Source of the DNA: Camelus ferus
Lineage: Eukaryota
Length of the DNA stretch: 64,000 bases
Assembly: GCF_009834535.1 (NCBI RefSeq)
Contig: NC_045698.1
Location: 9,736,001 to 9,800,000 of the forward strand
Reading direction: 5' to 3'
The notes under the pieces are model-generated. The model was not told the origin of the DNA. It saw nothing but the letters and a program-made list of their open reading frames with translations, and ran no database searches. Within the stretch, counting starts at the first letter, position 1, and each line of letters begins with the position of its first letter. The position numbers and the translations under genes were made by a program. Positions 12,331-26,350 of the stretch are shown in pieces.

Positions 12331-14302
12331 TCCTATATAAACATGCCACGCCTACCTTCTAGAATCCTTCTGCACACCAAGCCAAAGTACATGAAGCACT
12401 TAATACTTTTTAAGGGATTATGCAAAGGTAAGTTAACATTTTTATTAAAGTGAATGATCCCAGGATGAATCAAAACATCCAAGGCTATTATGGATACACT
12501 TACCCCAAACCTTCACACAAAAGTTGCTTGATTTGAGATGTCAAATACATTAAAGGGAAAAAAGAAAGAAAGACTTTACATATTTCACTCTACCATAAAA
12601 CATTATTACTGACATCGTGTCTCACCACAAGTCTTGATAAAATGAGATATCTTAAATTTTGTTACCTTAAATCACACATGAAAACTATAACTTATTTTTG
12701 TAAGTGAGGTCATATTGGCTCAGGCAATAAACTTTTTATTTAAACTCACTTTATATTTTGGTTAGATACAGGTCCCATTTAGGATAGTATCTGTCATTTC
12801 CTGAGAAATTTTGAAATCATGTTCTTTCTGATTCGTTTGAAATGCTGCAGTGATGAAAAGCAATTGTTTCATCTTGAATCTGGGTTTATTCTATCAGTAA
12901 AGAAACATAGCAACCTCACATTTATACTATCCCTTTTAACGTCAATTCTTTAAAAGGTATTTCCCATTGCTTTCCAGCATTTATTTATAAATGTGGCAGA
13001 GATCAGCCTCACTCACATAAAATACCACAGGAAAACATTCACAAAAATAGAAACGTAAGGTAACATAGTTCAATAGTTATAAGGATATTGTGAAAACCAC
13101 AAAACAAAACAAATGTTAGAAATTGCTCTATATCAACATAAAGCATCATAATTTTCATTATCATGATTTTCAAACTTGTAAATAGCTTGGTATCCATGAA
13201 ACATTTGGTCATGAATTTCAGAATCTTTATGTTTTTCCCCTATGTGTCATATTTTTATTTTATTTTCTTCTCTTGCTTAGAGTCATCAAAGTAATTTGAA
13301 CTTGGTTGATCATTGGTTTAACAAGCAAGGATTTTGTGTGGTAAACAGTGGAATGTCTAGCAGTGTCCAATCAATGGTGCAGCCAATGCAAAGTAGCAAC
13401 ACTGACCGTTAAAGGTGCGTCATCCTCAGTCTTCTCTAGAGGCATCCTTGTGCAAGTGACTTCACGCATTCAGTGAGCGGCCCTCAGGCAACTAGAAACA
13501 GCTAAGGCCCTGAAAGAGCCCAGATTCCAGCACAGTGACTGTATGAGGGACAAGGTATATAGTCATTGTTTCAAGAGCTAAATGCTATTCTAGTTTATTG
13601 TGTTTAAGGAAAAAGTAATACTTGTTTTTAAAAAGGATTAAGCTCTAGTGATGCTTCAAGTACTGCACTAAGAGCTACACGAAAAAGAAAAAGAACATAA
13701 TCAATTGCACACACAAGGGCCCTACGTGGAGTCAGGAACGAGGTGGGTCATTAGGAATCTGGGCTCCGTCTGGTGGTGTTTGATGATATTTTACTCCGGA
13801 CAGCTAAGAACGCTTCTATTTGGCTTTTTCGCTGATGCTGATGGATAGAAAAAGTGGGAATGAAAGGTCCTTTATTAATAGTAAGCCACTGCCTAATACC
13901 CTCACGAAGCAAAATTCCTGATGAAGCTGGACAGGCGCCCACAGCTCAGGCTGGAAGCCGAACGAAGCCTTGATTTTGCCAGGTCCTTGCCTGGATTGCC
14001 GTGGAGCACCCCGGGCACTGGGCACGGTGAAGCAGGGCTGTGAGAAGAGGAGAGAGAGAAGAAATACAGGACTCTCCAAAGGAACCACAGCTCGCTGACT
14101 GAGATCACAGAACAGCCAAAGAAGCAGAGACAAATCACATCCACGTAGAACACCATAGAGTCACGTTCATAAAATCAGCAATGTGTGGTGCATAGCAAAG
14201 GAAAAGCACAATGTTCATAATGTCCTAACATGCTGCTCTCAATGGATGGGAGATAAAATAGTCAAAAGGCATTTCACAAGGGGTTCTGCCCTAGATGGGG
14301 GA

Positions 14303-14690
14303 TGTGCTGGGTCATTTCACGTGTCAGCTTGGCTAGGCTTTGGTGCCCACCTATTTGGTCAGACATTAGTCTAGATGTTATTGTGAGGGTGTTTTTATAG
14401 CAGTGATTTATATTTACAATCAATTGACTTTAAGTAAAGCAGCAACCCTCAACCAACTGATTGAAGGCCTTATGTGCAAAAACTAAAGTTTCCCCAGAAA
14501 AGGGAATTCTGACCCAAAAATGTAACATAGAAATCCTGCTTGAGTTTCCAAACCCCTAGCCTGCCTTGCAGATTTTAGACTAAAGACTGCAACATAAATT
14601 CTACCTGAATTTCCAGCCGGCCTGTCTTCCCTGCAGATTTTGGACTTGCCAACTCCACAATCATGTAAGCCAATTCCTTCAAATAAACAT
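14303..14690 (+). mobile_element. MLT2-type ERVL LTR
   Basis: tgtgctgggtcatttcacgtgtcagcttggctaggc...gattttggacttgccaactccacaatcatgtaagccaattccttcaaataaa. Confidence 0.8.
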
Positions 14691-15117
14691 CAGCCAATCA
14701 ATCAGTCTCTGAAAAGACAGAGATAAAGAGCTGAACTCAAACATGTGGAATGATTAATTCGATAAGGCAGAGATAGGGGCACTTGAGAAACAGTATTTAA
14801 ATGCTTAAGATATGTGACAATATATTTTATAAACTATCAATGACATACTGGTTTTCATCTGGCTAAAAACTTAAAGTGATTATATTTATGATTGTAAAGA
14901 AATTCAAAATACTTTCCCTCCAACAGAACATTTTCTAACTCACAAGGCATCAGTACTAGTAATTTAAAATATATATATATGAAAACTCAAAAGACAAAAA
15001 TTATTTTAAATAATTATTGTAATACAACCAAAAATCTCCTAAACTACTCCTGGATCAAGGGGGAAATTTAAGTCTCTAATTACAGAGATCTTTGAGAATG
15101 GGATGTATACCCAATGG

Positions 15118-15469
15118 ATGTACTTGGCTTCCTCAAAGAATATGTCCCTCCAAAATTAGATTGGGGCCCTAATCTCTAGTGTGGCAGTGTTTGGAAGTGG
15201 GGCTTTTGGGAGGAAATTGGATTTGGATGAGGTCATGCAGGTGGAGCCCCCATGGTAGGACTGATACCCATAGAAGGAGATAGAGACAACAGCTCTCTCT
15301 CAGCCTTATGCGGATGCAGCAAGAAGGTGGCTGCCTACGAGCCAGAAAGGTGGCCCTCATTACAAGCTGGCACCGTGATCTCATACTTGCAGCCTCTAAA
15401 ACTGTAATAAATAAATACTTGTTATGTAAGCTGCCAGTCTATTGGTAGTTTGCAGCCGGAGCTAAGACA
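15118..15469 (+). mobile_element. MaLR LTR (MLT1A-like)
   Basis: tatgtccctccaaaatt...tttggatgaggtcatgcaggtggagccccc...ataaatacttgttatgtaagctgccagtct...ctaagaca. Confidence 0.8.
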
Positions 15470-18139
15470 CTTACCCTCTTAATTTTCTGCTGAGATAAGC
15501 CAACCAAAACAAAATGGTTGGGAAAACTGTATAGCACTGCAGGAAAATCACAAGGCATTTTTAACTGCATGTTCCAAATGTCAAGGATCTGTAACTTTTA
15601 AATAATGCAGTTAAAATAAAATTATGAAGATGGAGGAGTGACAGCTTCTGCCGCCACCACCAGCAAAGTCAGAAAGAGACACCTTGGAAGACAAACACCT
15701 GCCCTGCATTGTTACTGCCAAGAAAAACCTGGTCAAAAGATAATTTTTTAAAAAGAGAGAATGATTAAGATAAAATCGTGACTCTCATACAGGTATACAA
15801 ATGAACACACATCACAGGTTTTATTTTACTCATTAATGAGGAAGCATGAGGTGTCCCAACCAGTTCAAGAAGCTAATATTAGAAGTACAGAATTCACCAG
15901 CACATCAATAGAAAAGAATCACTTTGCGTTGCTACCAGTTACCTCCAACCTATACAGTTGTAGCATAGCTCCCATAGAATCAGAACCACACGCTGTCTTT
16001 CCAACAGAAAACCAGGTAGATGCTTCAGCAAATGGTTAGGAGATGCAACTTTAACAGCTCTGGTTTTAGTGACTTCTGTGTAATATGAATAATCTACTAC
16101 AGAAGATTTCCCTCATCCTCAGCCATTTAAGAGGTCATGATATTAATCCATTCAAATTGAATAGTTGATATTTATTTTATACTGCAGACTTGAGAGAAAA
16201 CCAGAGCCTGCTCCAACCAGGCTCTTTATAATTCCTTTTTTTTTTTTTGAACACCAAGGGGATTTTTGAGTAACAGTCTGGAGGATGTAAAAGAACTTGC
16301 CAGACAGACACTTGAGGTAACAGTATTTCAGGTAGGAGGAGCAGTAAGCACAAAATTCTGGAGGCTGGAGTGTACCTGATATACACAGCAAAGAGGCCAT
16401 GGGGCTGAATTAGACTGCGTGTGGGAGAGAATGGTAGGACACAAGATCAGACCAATATTGGGGGTAAGAGTGAAAGAGGGAATCAGATCCAACAGGGCCC
16501 TTGCAGATCACTGTAAGGTCCTACGTGGCTCTGACCGTCTGTTTCAGTTAGGACAGAAAATTAACCCAAGAAAAGATCTATTGGTAAAATAAGGAATTAG
16601 TTCTCTCATATTTAACATGCACAGAGGCATGGGTATCCTCTTTAGTTATTAGGACAGAGAAAAATATTTCCACGATGACAAACCATTCCACAAAGCATGA
16701 ACCAAATCGATGTCCTCTGAAACACGGGTGTCCAGAAATCCTCAGGAGAGATTGCTATGATTCAACATCATTTTGCCAACCTCAAATATCATTCACAAAT
16801 ATGTGTGGCAATATTATACAGAGGTCAAGAGAGGAAAAACAGATACAAGCTGTACTAAGTATTTATAAATAAAAAATGTAGAGGCAATGTCAAAAGAGGA
16901 GAAAAATACACAGCATCTCTGCTCGCATGTTGAGTAGAGAAAGGAGGCAGATACATTTACAATTTTAAGTTCTTCTAAAATAAGAAAATTCATAGTTTCT
17001 AGACTATTTTTTAAATCATCTGTTGAGGTCATAAAATCCATTGAAGCCCTTTCTGTTCCCACTTCCAAGGGTGATTTATTTTACAAAACTATTGCAGATC
17101 CTGTAAGGTGGTTTTCACCAAGAACGTACAACCTTGAAATGCAGGCGAAGTTCCGTTTCTGTCTTCAGGAAGCAGTAACCCAGAGTCATTCTCTGTGGGC
17201 GCTAAATGAACATTAATTAATGATGAATGGAGGATACTTTACCATCTGTTCAGCACTGATTCAAAATATACTGTTGTTACTTAATTGGATTATTTTTAGT
17301 CTTGTAGTTTCAGCTGGGTGAACACTAATGGCTGGATCTGTGAAATGCCCTGGCAAATCATAACTCTCATTTTGAAATCCTTGTCTGGAGGGGTGGCTAA
17401 TTATTGGAGGATAAGTACATCCAAACAGCAATAAAAGAAGGTCTTTTCTAACATTTGGTTTTCTTAACGTGATAAAGCATTCCCTCTGCAGTAGAATAAT
17501 TCAAGTCATGTATAACAAGTGACAGCCTAGAGGACTGGGAGCCAGTGGAAGAAAAACATGAAAAATATTTTTTAAGGAAAAAAAGATAAATGGGATTTAC
17601 ATATACATAACATTGTCTTCTTTTTGTCATTAAACCCCCAGCACTTCCTCGCTCGTATGGAGCTGCCATACTGTGCTGCACTCTGAAGATATGTGCTATG
17701 ATATACCGTGGGACCAACAAATAAAATTCCAATTCAGATATATGACATATAATAATAATATGACAGCCGTTTCTTTATGAAGGAGAAGTGAGCTATTCTT
17801 AAAATTACTTAAGGCAAGAGGCTTCTGAGAGGCTACATTCCTTTTTTCAAACTTTCAAATTAAAACTAAGAATAGGAAGTAAAGACATTTACTTAGGTAC
17901 CCAAGAGGTTTGTGGTTCGATTTTAGTGGACTCTTTTTGAGTTCGTGGATTGCATGCTGGAATAATTTATTGATAGCCCCAAATGCTTTATTTGCCCCAG
18001 TGAAGGACTTTATTAAAGGTATGATTTTCCCTTGTCTGCTTTCAGCTGCTCCCACACACCATAACCATCTTAGACATTTAATGATATCAGACTTAAAAGA
18101 CAGTCAAAATCACGCTTCTGCGAGGCATGCTCAGATTAG

Positions 18140-18340
18140 CAGAGAGTATTACCGAGGCCAATTGCCAGCATTCAAGTGCTAGTTCCACCAGTACCAGCTA
18201 TGTGACCTCAGCCTCTGCAAGGCTCAGTTCTGCCTCAGAAGAAAAATGAACATTTTAATAAAATTTGCATCACACATTTGGTTTGAATATCACATTAAAT
18301 AATGCATGTAAGGTGTTTTGTACAGTACCTGGCATTTTCC
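18140..18340 (+). mobile_element. MIR
   Basis: gctatgtgacctc...ctcagttc...taatgcatgtaaggtgttttgtacagtacctggca. Confidence 0.65.
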
Positions 18341-19379
18341 ATGTTTTCTGAAGTATGTATAATATAGAAATTGCTAACCACACCACCTGTCCTGAGGGAA
18401 CCCTAACCACTGTCACTCACACAGGCCCCTTCTGAAGGGCCTTTTGCATGTGGATCCCATGAGTTGGACCCAGGCCACGGTGGGTTTGACCAGGGCAGGG
18501 AGCCTGGTGCAAGGACAGGCAGCATATAGGCTGATGAGAGACCGGTGAGGTAGCCTAATGCAAAATCTTTCCTCTAAAGGTATGACTGTAATTAACTAAA
18601 CCAAGGCGGGAAGAACCCTCTTGGGCAAGAAGAATGAGATATATCAGAAGAATCCAGTGGCAGCTGGGGTAGAATTTAGATGGCACAAACATGGGAAAGA
18701 TAGCAAATAAAAGACATGGGGCAACAGTATATATGAATAAGCAGAAGCATGAGGCAAGGAGGGAGTCAGCCTGCAGGGGCAGAGCTGGTAGGAGGGGGCC
18801 AGACAAGGAGAACATGAGTCCACATGGTGAGTACAGAGCAGGACAAAATACATGCTTGCTGCTGAAGAGGCTGCATAATCCCCTGGCCCCTCGAGCTGAC
18901 CACCTGTGCCTTTCTCTCCAGCTGGACCCATCGTGCCTGTGCCTAGGCACGAGCAGAAAGGGTATTTCTGGCAGCACGCTGCCCAGACTGCTCAGAAACC
19001 AGGTCAACTTGTGCAGGGAACCAGGGCTGTGAGCATCCACTTCTCCTCAGTCCTCAGGCTCCACATGAGCAGCAATGCTGAAGATCAAACACAGTGTAGG
19101 TATGTAGCTGCCTGCTTTATCACCCCGTGGACTTTGGCAAAGTCAGCAGGAAAAGCTACACTTTTTCTGTCCCTGGAAACCATCTGGAAAATGCCAGCTC
19201 AAATTAACCCTTTATACGTAATGTCTTAGTCCTTGCCTGTCTCTGCCTCCTTCATCCAGCCCTTCACTTCCTCAGTTCTTCCTACGTGTGTGTGCGCAGT
19301 AACTGCTACAGCAAGCACCTCACTCTCAGCATATTTTCAGTGATTCTGTTCTTTTGATTGGTATTACTTCTAACCCTAA

Positions 19380-19570
19380 TTAATAATAATTTAAAGAGCT
19401 AATGAGGTTTTTTGAATGTTTGCCTTATACCAGACACTGGTCTGAGCATGCCACATGAATTAAATCATTTATTCCCCACAACAATTCAATCAGTTGGTAT
19501 TGTCATAATCTCCGTTTTTATAGATGAAGAAAGTAAAGGACAGCAATTCTAAGAAATCAGTTCAACATCA
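19380..19570 (-). mobile_element. MIR
   Basis: ccagacactggtctgagc...tcatttattccccacaaca...ttttatagatgaagaaa. Confidence 0.7.
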
Positions 19571-19844
19571 TTTCCCGTAACGTTTATAGGTATGGCTGTT
19601 CATGTTTTATTTGCTTCTCACTATGTCATTACAATAAAGTCTGAATACTCAGGTTAACATGCACGTTTACTGGTTCCTTGAAGCCTTTAAAAAAAAAAGC
19701 CAGACTAAAATTCTTTAATATGTTTTCACATGTATGTGTCCTTAAATATTTTTCCTTTGAAAGTCAGAGTCAGTACAAAGAGATTACTTACTGATGCAGA
19801 GTTATAAAGAATCACACTTGTGCCAATACAAATGGCCTTGCTAT

Positions 19845-21125
19845 AGTTAAGAAACAGGGGGCCAGTGTGGCATTACAAACAGAAACAAGGGAGAGTTAAA
19901 GGAGGTGAGGTCAGAGTGGTAGCCGGCGGTAAGATCATATAAAGCCTTGCAGGGGGAGGTGGGGGTCTTGGTGAAGCCAACAGGGTGGCAATCATTTGCA
20001 GATTTTGAACAGGGGAAGGGCATAACATGATTTGTGTTGTAGAAGAATGACTCTGGCTGCTAGTCGGAGGAAAAGAGAAAAACAGTTGAAATGTGAGGGT
20101 AGAAGAAGGAAGATCATCTAGCAATCTGTTACAATTATCCGAGCAATAAATATTGGTGGCTTTGATTAGAGAAGAAGAGGTAAGAGTGTAAAGAAGTGAT
20201 GAGATTCTGGGTACATTGAGGAGGTAACTGTCAGGATTTGCTAATGGATTGGACGTGATGTGTGCATTCGTTTTCTATTGCTGCACAATTTACCACAAAA
20301 GTATCAGCTTGAGACAACAGCCATTTGTTATCTTGCAGTTTCTGTGCCTCGAGATTCCAGGCATGGCTCATCCAAGTTCTGCCTTCAGAGCCTCACAAAG
20401 CTGAAATCAAGTGTCACTTAGGCTGCACCCCCATCTGAAAGCGCAAGAAGGAAGGATCTACTTTACAGCCTCCTTGAAATGTGGACAGAATTACTTTCCT
20501 CGCAGCTGTAGAACTCACAGCAATTTGCTTCTCCAGAGCCAGCAACAGAGATAGAGTGTTGGTTATTTGAATTCTCCATCTTCAGGGAATGTCTAGGTCC
20601 TCTAATAATAGGCTATAATAATGGGCCATGATCAGGTCTGGGATACCCAGGATTATCTACCCTTGGATTAACTCAGAGTTGACTTATCAGGGATCTTATC
20701 TCTCTACTTTTACATATAGCATAACATAATCACGGAAATTATGTCCCATGCACTATGTATGCCATGTTCTATAGAAGCACATCATGGGGCCCACTCACAC
20801 TCAAGGGGAAGGACTTGCACAAGGGTATGGATATGAGGGGGCAGATATCATGGGGGGCACCCTAGGTTATGTCCCCCAGAAAGTGTAAGAGTTAAAAAAG
20901 GGACCCAGATGGCAGCAGATCTTTTGCCCAAGCAACTATAAGAACTGAGTTTCTATTTACTAAATTAGAGAACATGGGCGAGAAGGCTTGACGTGGGAGC
21001 AGAAAACCAAATGTTTGGTTTCAGGCATATTGTATTTAAGAAGTTTTTTTGACATTCCAATAGAGATGTCAAAGTAGGCATGTGCAAATTGCAGGTGACA
21101 TGGGAAGACTGCATGAGCGTCCAGG
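19845..21125 (-). mobile_element. L2 fragment interrupted by an MLT1 LTR
   Basis: L2 text gatttgctaatggattggacgtgatgtg resumes after the LTR at ~20886 (taagag...tttctatttactaa...tttggtttcaggcat). Confidence 0.75.
20263..20880 (-). mobile_element. MLT1 (D/E/F-like) LTR nested in L2
   Basis: Starts tgcattcgttttctattgctgc; 5-bp TSD atgtg (20258-20262) / aagtg (20881-20885), one mismatch. Confidence 0.8.
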
Positions 21126-22184
21126 CAGAAACTAACATGTGGTACCTGCCTGGGTGAATTACCCACAGTGCAGGTTCTTTGCCTTCCATCTTGATAGTTC
21201 TGAAATGTGACTGAGTCAGTGCTCAACAGCTGATCAACCTGAGTCTGCTCACTTCTAAAAGACTAAATAAAACACTAACAAGAACACATCAATTTGCTGG
21301 AGCAAATGTCACCATAAAGCAGACTGGATATTCACCTAACTATGGTGAGCACTTCTCCTTTAAGGTCTAGGATGGACACTGCTCATCTTTGATGTAATGG
21401 CTCTCATTTTTCTATGAATAGACCATAACAGACCACCTCCCTCACCAATGGACATATTCTTTCCTTAACTCAGAAACTTTCCCTTTCTTTTCTTCTTCCC
21501 AAACTTTCTTGAAGTATGACCCACTTTTGTGAGAAGTAGTGGCTTATCATCATAATAATTTCTAAAAAGGATTGGAAGGCTTTTTAATAGAAGGATGGGA
21601 AGTATAGGAAGCTTAGAAAAACCTCACAGCCACCACATATCATTCTGAAATGTGTCCTGAGTGGGATGACTCCCTCTTGAAAATCCCTGCTTTTGGTTTT
21701 TTAATAGGATGGTGCACTTGGATGTTATATATATTAATTTCATAACTCTCCAAGAATAATTTATCACTTTTTTCACAATTTCTTGAGTTTCATCTAATTG
21801 TAGCCACATACTGTCTGTACCTAATAAGTTATATATACTGTCCAATTTTACACATAAAAATTGAAGCTCAAAAAAGTTAAATAACATCCCTAAATCTCAT
21901 AACTAGACAGGATCAAGGAAATTCATGCTCAAGTCTAGAAAATTCCCAAAGCACAAACTCTTTCTTAAACAACTACATTTTTAAAACTGTGGAGGCTGGG
22001 GTGGGTGGTGAGGGAGGGTATAAGCTAAAAAAGTTAGAAAATTCTTCCTTCCCTTGTGAGGTAATTAGAGGTAAGTTGAATAATCCTAGAAAACAGTTGT
22101 CTATCATTCTTCCAATGTAGTTTCAATAAGTGGGGTAAGCAGATTAAAATATCTCCAAATCCCTATTTCCTCCCGAATTCACTA

Positions 22185-22480
22185 CCGATCCTTCAATATC
22201 TAAGTTCAGATGACTCTTCAGTAAACCCCAGATAAAATCAATACCCCTCTCGTAATGTTCAAGACATGCATCTATTTTAGTACTTACCATGTTTATTACA
22301 ATCATGTTCCTTTCTGGCCATCTTCCCTACTAGCCTAGGAGTATCTTTAAGGTGGATGTTGTGTCTCAAGCAGCTTTTTATCTTCAGCACCTAGGACAGT
22401 TCACATGAGCTTAAATGATGTTCAGCAACTGCTGAAGGAATGAATGAAAGAATAAACAAATGAAGGAGCAAATGAACAAT
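22185..22480 (+). mobile_element. L2 3' end
   Basis: tcttccctactagcc...cagcacctaggacag...gaatgaatgaa terminal repeats. Confidence 0.7.
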
Positions 22481-23599
22481 GTTTATGACTTACCACTGTC
22501 ACCATTATTGCAATAATATAGTGCCAAGCATGGAATTCTCCAAGAAGGAATTCTCTTCTATTTGGTTAAACCAAAGTTAAATGTAGATTCCAATTTGCAT
22601 CCTAGAATATGTATAGCTTTAAGTAAATAATAATGGCTCTTATTTATGGAGTATATGTTTACACTGTGTAAAATACTGTGCTATGTCTTTTACATATATC
22701 TTCAGTTTTAATCCTAACAAAAGTATGAAGAAGTGGGTATTACTGCCCTCATTTCCATATGTAGTAACTGATACTCAGACCTTCCTGCAAAAACCACACA
22801 TTTAGCATAATATAATACCCTTAAAATATTGCTAAATAAATCAAGGTCTGTGGTAATTCGATGTGGAAGAAAAGATAAAGTAGAACCAACATCTTACAGT
22901 TTTGCTTTAGTCTCTATGACTAATTGTTCAGTGTTGCAAAGTGTGTACACCTTTAATAGCTATTTTACTGGGGGACATTAAGAGTGACTCTGGAGAATAT
23001 CTTCTATCCCTGTAGCATCTCAGTTTGGCACTGGTTCTGGTTTGTCTGATGAAGCTGTTTCATCTGAGATTTCTGTGCATCTAATGTGCGTGTGTATTTT
23101 ACACTTTGCCCAGCCATTCTGGTAGTAGCATATGGTTAGTTTGTTAATTGGGCTTTTTGTTATGCTGTGTCTGCAAAGCTTCTTTTAATTTATATTCAAA
23201 TGTTTGTCATCCTCTGGCAGCCTGTTTTGTGATGTCTGTGTTTGCTTTGTGACCCATGACTATAGCATGTTTTTCAAGCTGTATTCTGACACATTATTTG
23301 AGGATGCCCACCATGTGCTGGCTTCTTACGACAATATAACTCCTGCTCTGCCTTCTTAACTATCCAGTAAAGCTGGCCTTGGGAGAGGGCAAGGAAAGGG
23401 CAGCGTCATTGTTTCAGCTCATTAGGTAACTGCACTGTTAAAAATGCTCTAGATGGGATGAAATTTGGCTTGTTTATCAAAGACAGAAATCTAGGTGATT
23501 CGTGTAGCATCTAACATCTACAAAAGCCTACCTTTTGCCAGGCACTGTGCATGGGTCAGGTTCAGAGGATTCAGTAAAAGAAGATGAAGTAAGGAAGCC

Positions 23600-23875
23600 A
23601 CCAAGGATGGTACTAATTGCAGACTTTCGAACCTACCTTCCTGGGCTCAAATTCCAGTTTCACTAATCACCAGTTGTGTGACCTTAGACAAGATGCTTTA
23701 CCTCTCTGTGCTTTAGTTTTCTTGTCTATATAATGTGGGTGACCATAACATCTATTTCATAGGATTCGTGGAAACCCTATGAAATATGAAATCCTATGAA
23801 CCAGCACCTATAAAGCACTTAGAATAATGTGTCGGACATAGTAACCCTGAGGAAATATTAGCTCTTATTGTTATT
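23600..23875 (+). mobile_element. MIR, near full length
   Basis: ctgggctcaaattccag...tgtgtgaccttagacaag...cctctctgtgctttagttttcttgtctata...aaagcacttagaataatgtgtcggacatagtaa. Confidence 0.8.
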
Positions 23876-24929
23876 ACTTTTTTATACAAGTTCTAATAAA
23901 TATAGTAATCTGGTTAGTACAAGGGGGTTAGTTAATCTGGTTAGTACGATCTATTGCAAAGCAGAAATAAAAAGCCCAAAGGGTCTAATCAATATTTTCC
24001 AAACTGCATTCTGGAGCAAATTAATAGACTTAAAGAAAAACGTTCTTATGTTTACATAAGTATGGGAAATTCTGAGTTAAAACAGATGGCTGTACACATC
24101 GCAGAGCCTGCACTAAGCTGATGTATATTGTGACTCTCCAAGAGAAAATTCAGCTCTCAAGCTTTTTGAATACAGAAATTCCATATAGATGTACATCTTA
24201 AAGGACTAGTTTCCACACAAGATCCTTCGGGAAGTTCTGATCTGGGTAAAAGCTGTTAACAATCATAAGTAGCAATTAGAGGAAAGTTAGAGTTTAGGAT
24301 ATCAACCATACTCCTAAATATTTAAGATTGAGGTCTTGGATATTTATGTGAAATTGCAGCTATGCAATTATGTGACAGCTCACACGTGCACACACACGCA
24401 CACGCACACGCACACACACAGAATTTATCCACGAAGAAATCTTTGTTGTCACCACAGGAGACCAAATCCTGTGACATTTTTGGTATCTCGTTCGTTCTGG
24501 AACAACATTTCTCAGAGGAGAAGACTGAGAGCCTCCAAATCTCCAAAACAAAAGAGACAAAACGCGCTAGGATTCTGCAGAGTGCTGGCACTTCCACACT
24601 GCTCGTGTGAAATCATGAAGATAGAGAATATTATCTCCAATTTTGCTCCTGGCAGAGAATGTAAAAACATATTGATTTGCTTGTTGGTCTGATAATTTAT
24701 CAAATGTTTCTCTAATTACAGGGAAGTTGAAGAAAAAAGAGGGTAAAAAGGGAACCTTAGGGAATGTAATGACAGTAGCCAGAAAGTAATAATGTCTGGC
24801 AGACAGAAATAAATAAAGCATTTCCTCTTGGCTAAGGAACTTTTATATTTGGCTTTTTTTTAATTAAAAAAAAAAAACTTGTATGGAAATATTTAACCAG
24901 TTTTAATGTAAATATAAATCTTAAATATC

Positions 24930-26350
24930 CTTTCTACACTGTGCTAGATGCTAAGGGGGAAATGATGAGAGTGGCACAGTAGTCTCATACCTGTGCTCAC
25001 AGATAATCACACAATTTCAATTCACAGCTCTGAGCAAGGCCATTTAAGAGCTGGGGAAACACATGGATGAGTCCCTTAACCCAAGCTGACTGGGGAAGAG
25101 GACAAAGAATCCTTCCAGAGGAAGTGGAAGCTAAGCTGAGGCGTAAATAGCAGCTAGCAAGGCGATGGCCGGTGGTAGGAAGAGATGAGTCTTATAAAAG
25201 AGAAAAGCCTGAGGGCAAGAGAAAGTGAACAGGGCTTGAGAACCAGAAGTAAGCTTAGTGGGACTACAGTACAGGGTGTAAAGGAGCAAAATGATGAAGG
25301 GCGAGAGGGAGGGGTGAGCCAGGGGTAGATCATGAATGATTTCACAAATCAGGGTAAAGGACTTGCAGTTTCTCCTGAGGATTCCTGGGAGCTGTGGAAG
25401 CATTCTAAACCAAGCAGGGACATGATCAACTGCTCTTTGGAATAACTCCAATAATGCCATGAGGAAATTAGTTTGGTTGGCGGCAATATTTGTACCCAGA
25501 GGATCATATAGGAGACTGTATCTGTTAAATGAAAAGAAAAGAAAAGAAATGATGGTGGATAGTGGATGGAAAGATGTGAGAAGTTCAGGAGGCAAAATGT
25601 ATGACTGGTTTAATGTGGGAGATACAGAGAAAGAGGAAGAAGGATTAAAGGGTGACTCACAATTTCCTAGATGTGGGTGCCACTCATTGATTCTGGAGAG
25701 CAGAGAAGGAGAACAAGGGCTGAAGATAGCACATTTAATTTGAGATACGTGGAGCTGGGCATCTACCTGGAGATGACCAATGGGCAGTCGGAGATGCTGG
25801 AGACACACTTGGGTGCTGTTATCATAGAGTGAGATGATGTCTACAGAGTGTGTATCAAGGGAGAAGAATTTCTAGGGAGATACCCTCAAGGAGAACCAGA
25901 AGACAAAGAACTCTCAGAGAGACTGAGAAGTCACGAAAATAACTGGAGAAGGAAAATCAGCAAAGGGATAAAGGCATGCTCACTCATGTGTGTTGCGTGA
26001 TGCTAAGAGAAGAAAAGGTTCCTCCTGGGAAGCGTCTTTTAAGTGCAGCACCACTACCATTGTTTTTAAAAACCAGTAGCTACTGCAGATGGAGCGAGCT
26101 GAAGACTGAGAGAAGACCAGGGTGCAGGACAAGGATGTGCTCTCCAGAGGTGGCTGGGAGGAGCGATGTAGCAAGAAGCTGTAGGAGGTTGCAAGATCAT
26201 GGAAAGAGGTTTCTCCTAGTATCTTTTTCTTTATGAAAGCCTTAGATACTTAAATACGGATGAGAAGGGAATAGTAGATAAAGAAAACATTTCTTTTGGA
26301 ATTGTAGATTGAGTAAAGCCTCTGATGAGACAGAAGGGATAAGATCTTGA
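24930..26350 (-). mobile_element. Long degenerate L2
   Basis: cactgtgctagatgcta...ggtaaaggacttgcagtttctcctgagg...tgactggtttaatgtggga...catttaatttgagatacgtggagc; the 225-aa ORF 25131..25808 lies in decayed L2. Confidence 0.7.

Noticed and set aside
13781..13841. C/D-box-like pair (TGATGA...CTGA)
   Set aside because: Short, weak terminal stem, and no host intron or guide complementarity recognised.
18555..19229. Cluster of four overlapping ORFs (95-161 aa)
   Set aside because: GC-richer, probably old MaLR LTR-derived sequence; no protein similarity recognised.
25131..25808. Longest ORF in the window (225 aa)
   Set aside because: It lies in decayed L2 sequence, starts at a non-ATG codon, and shows no recognisable host-protein domain or splice context.
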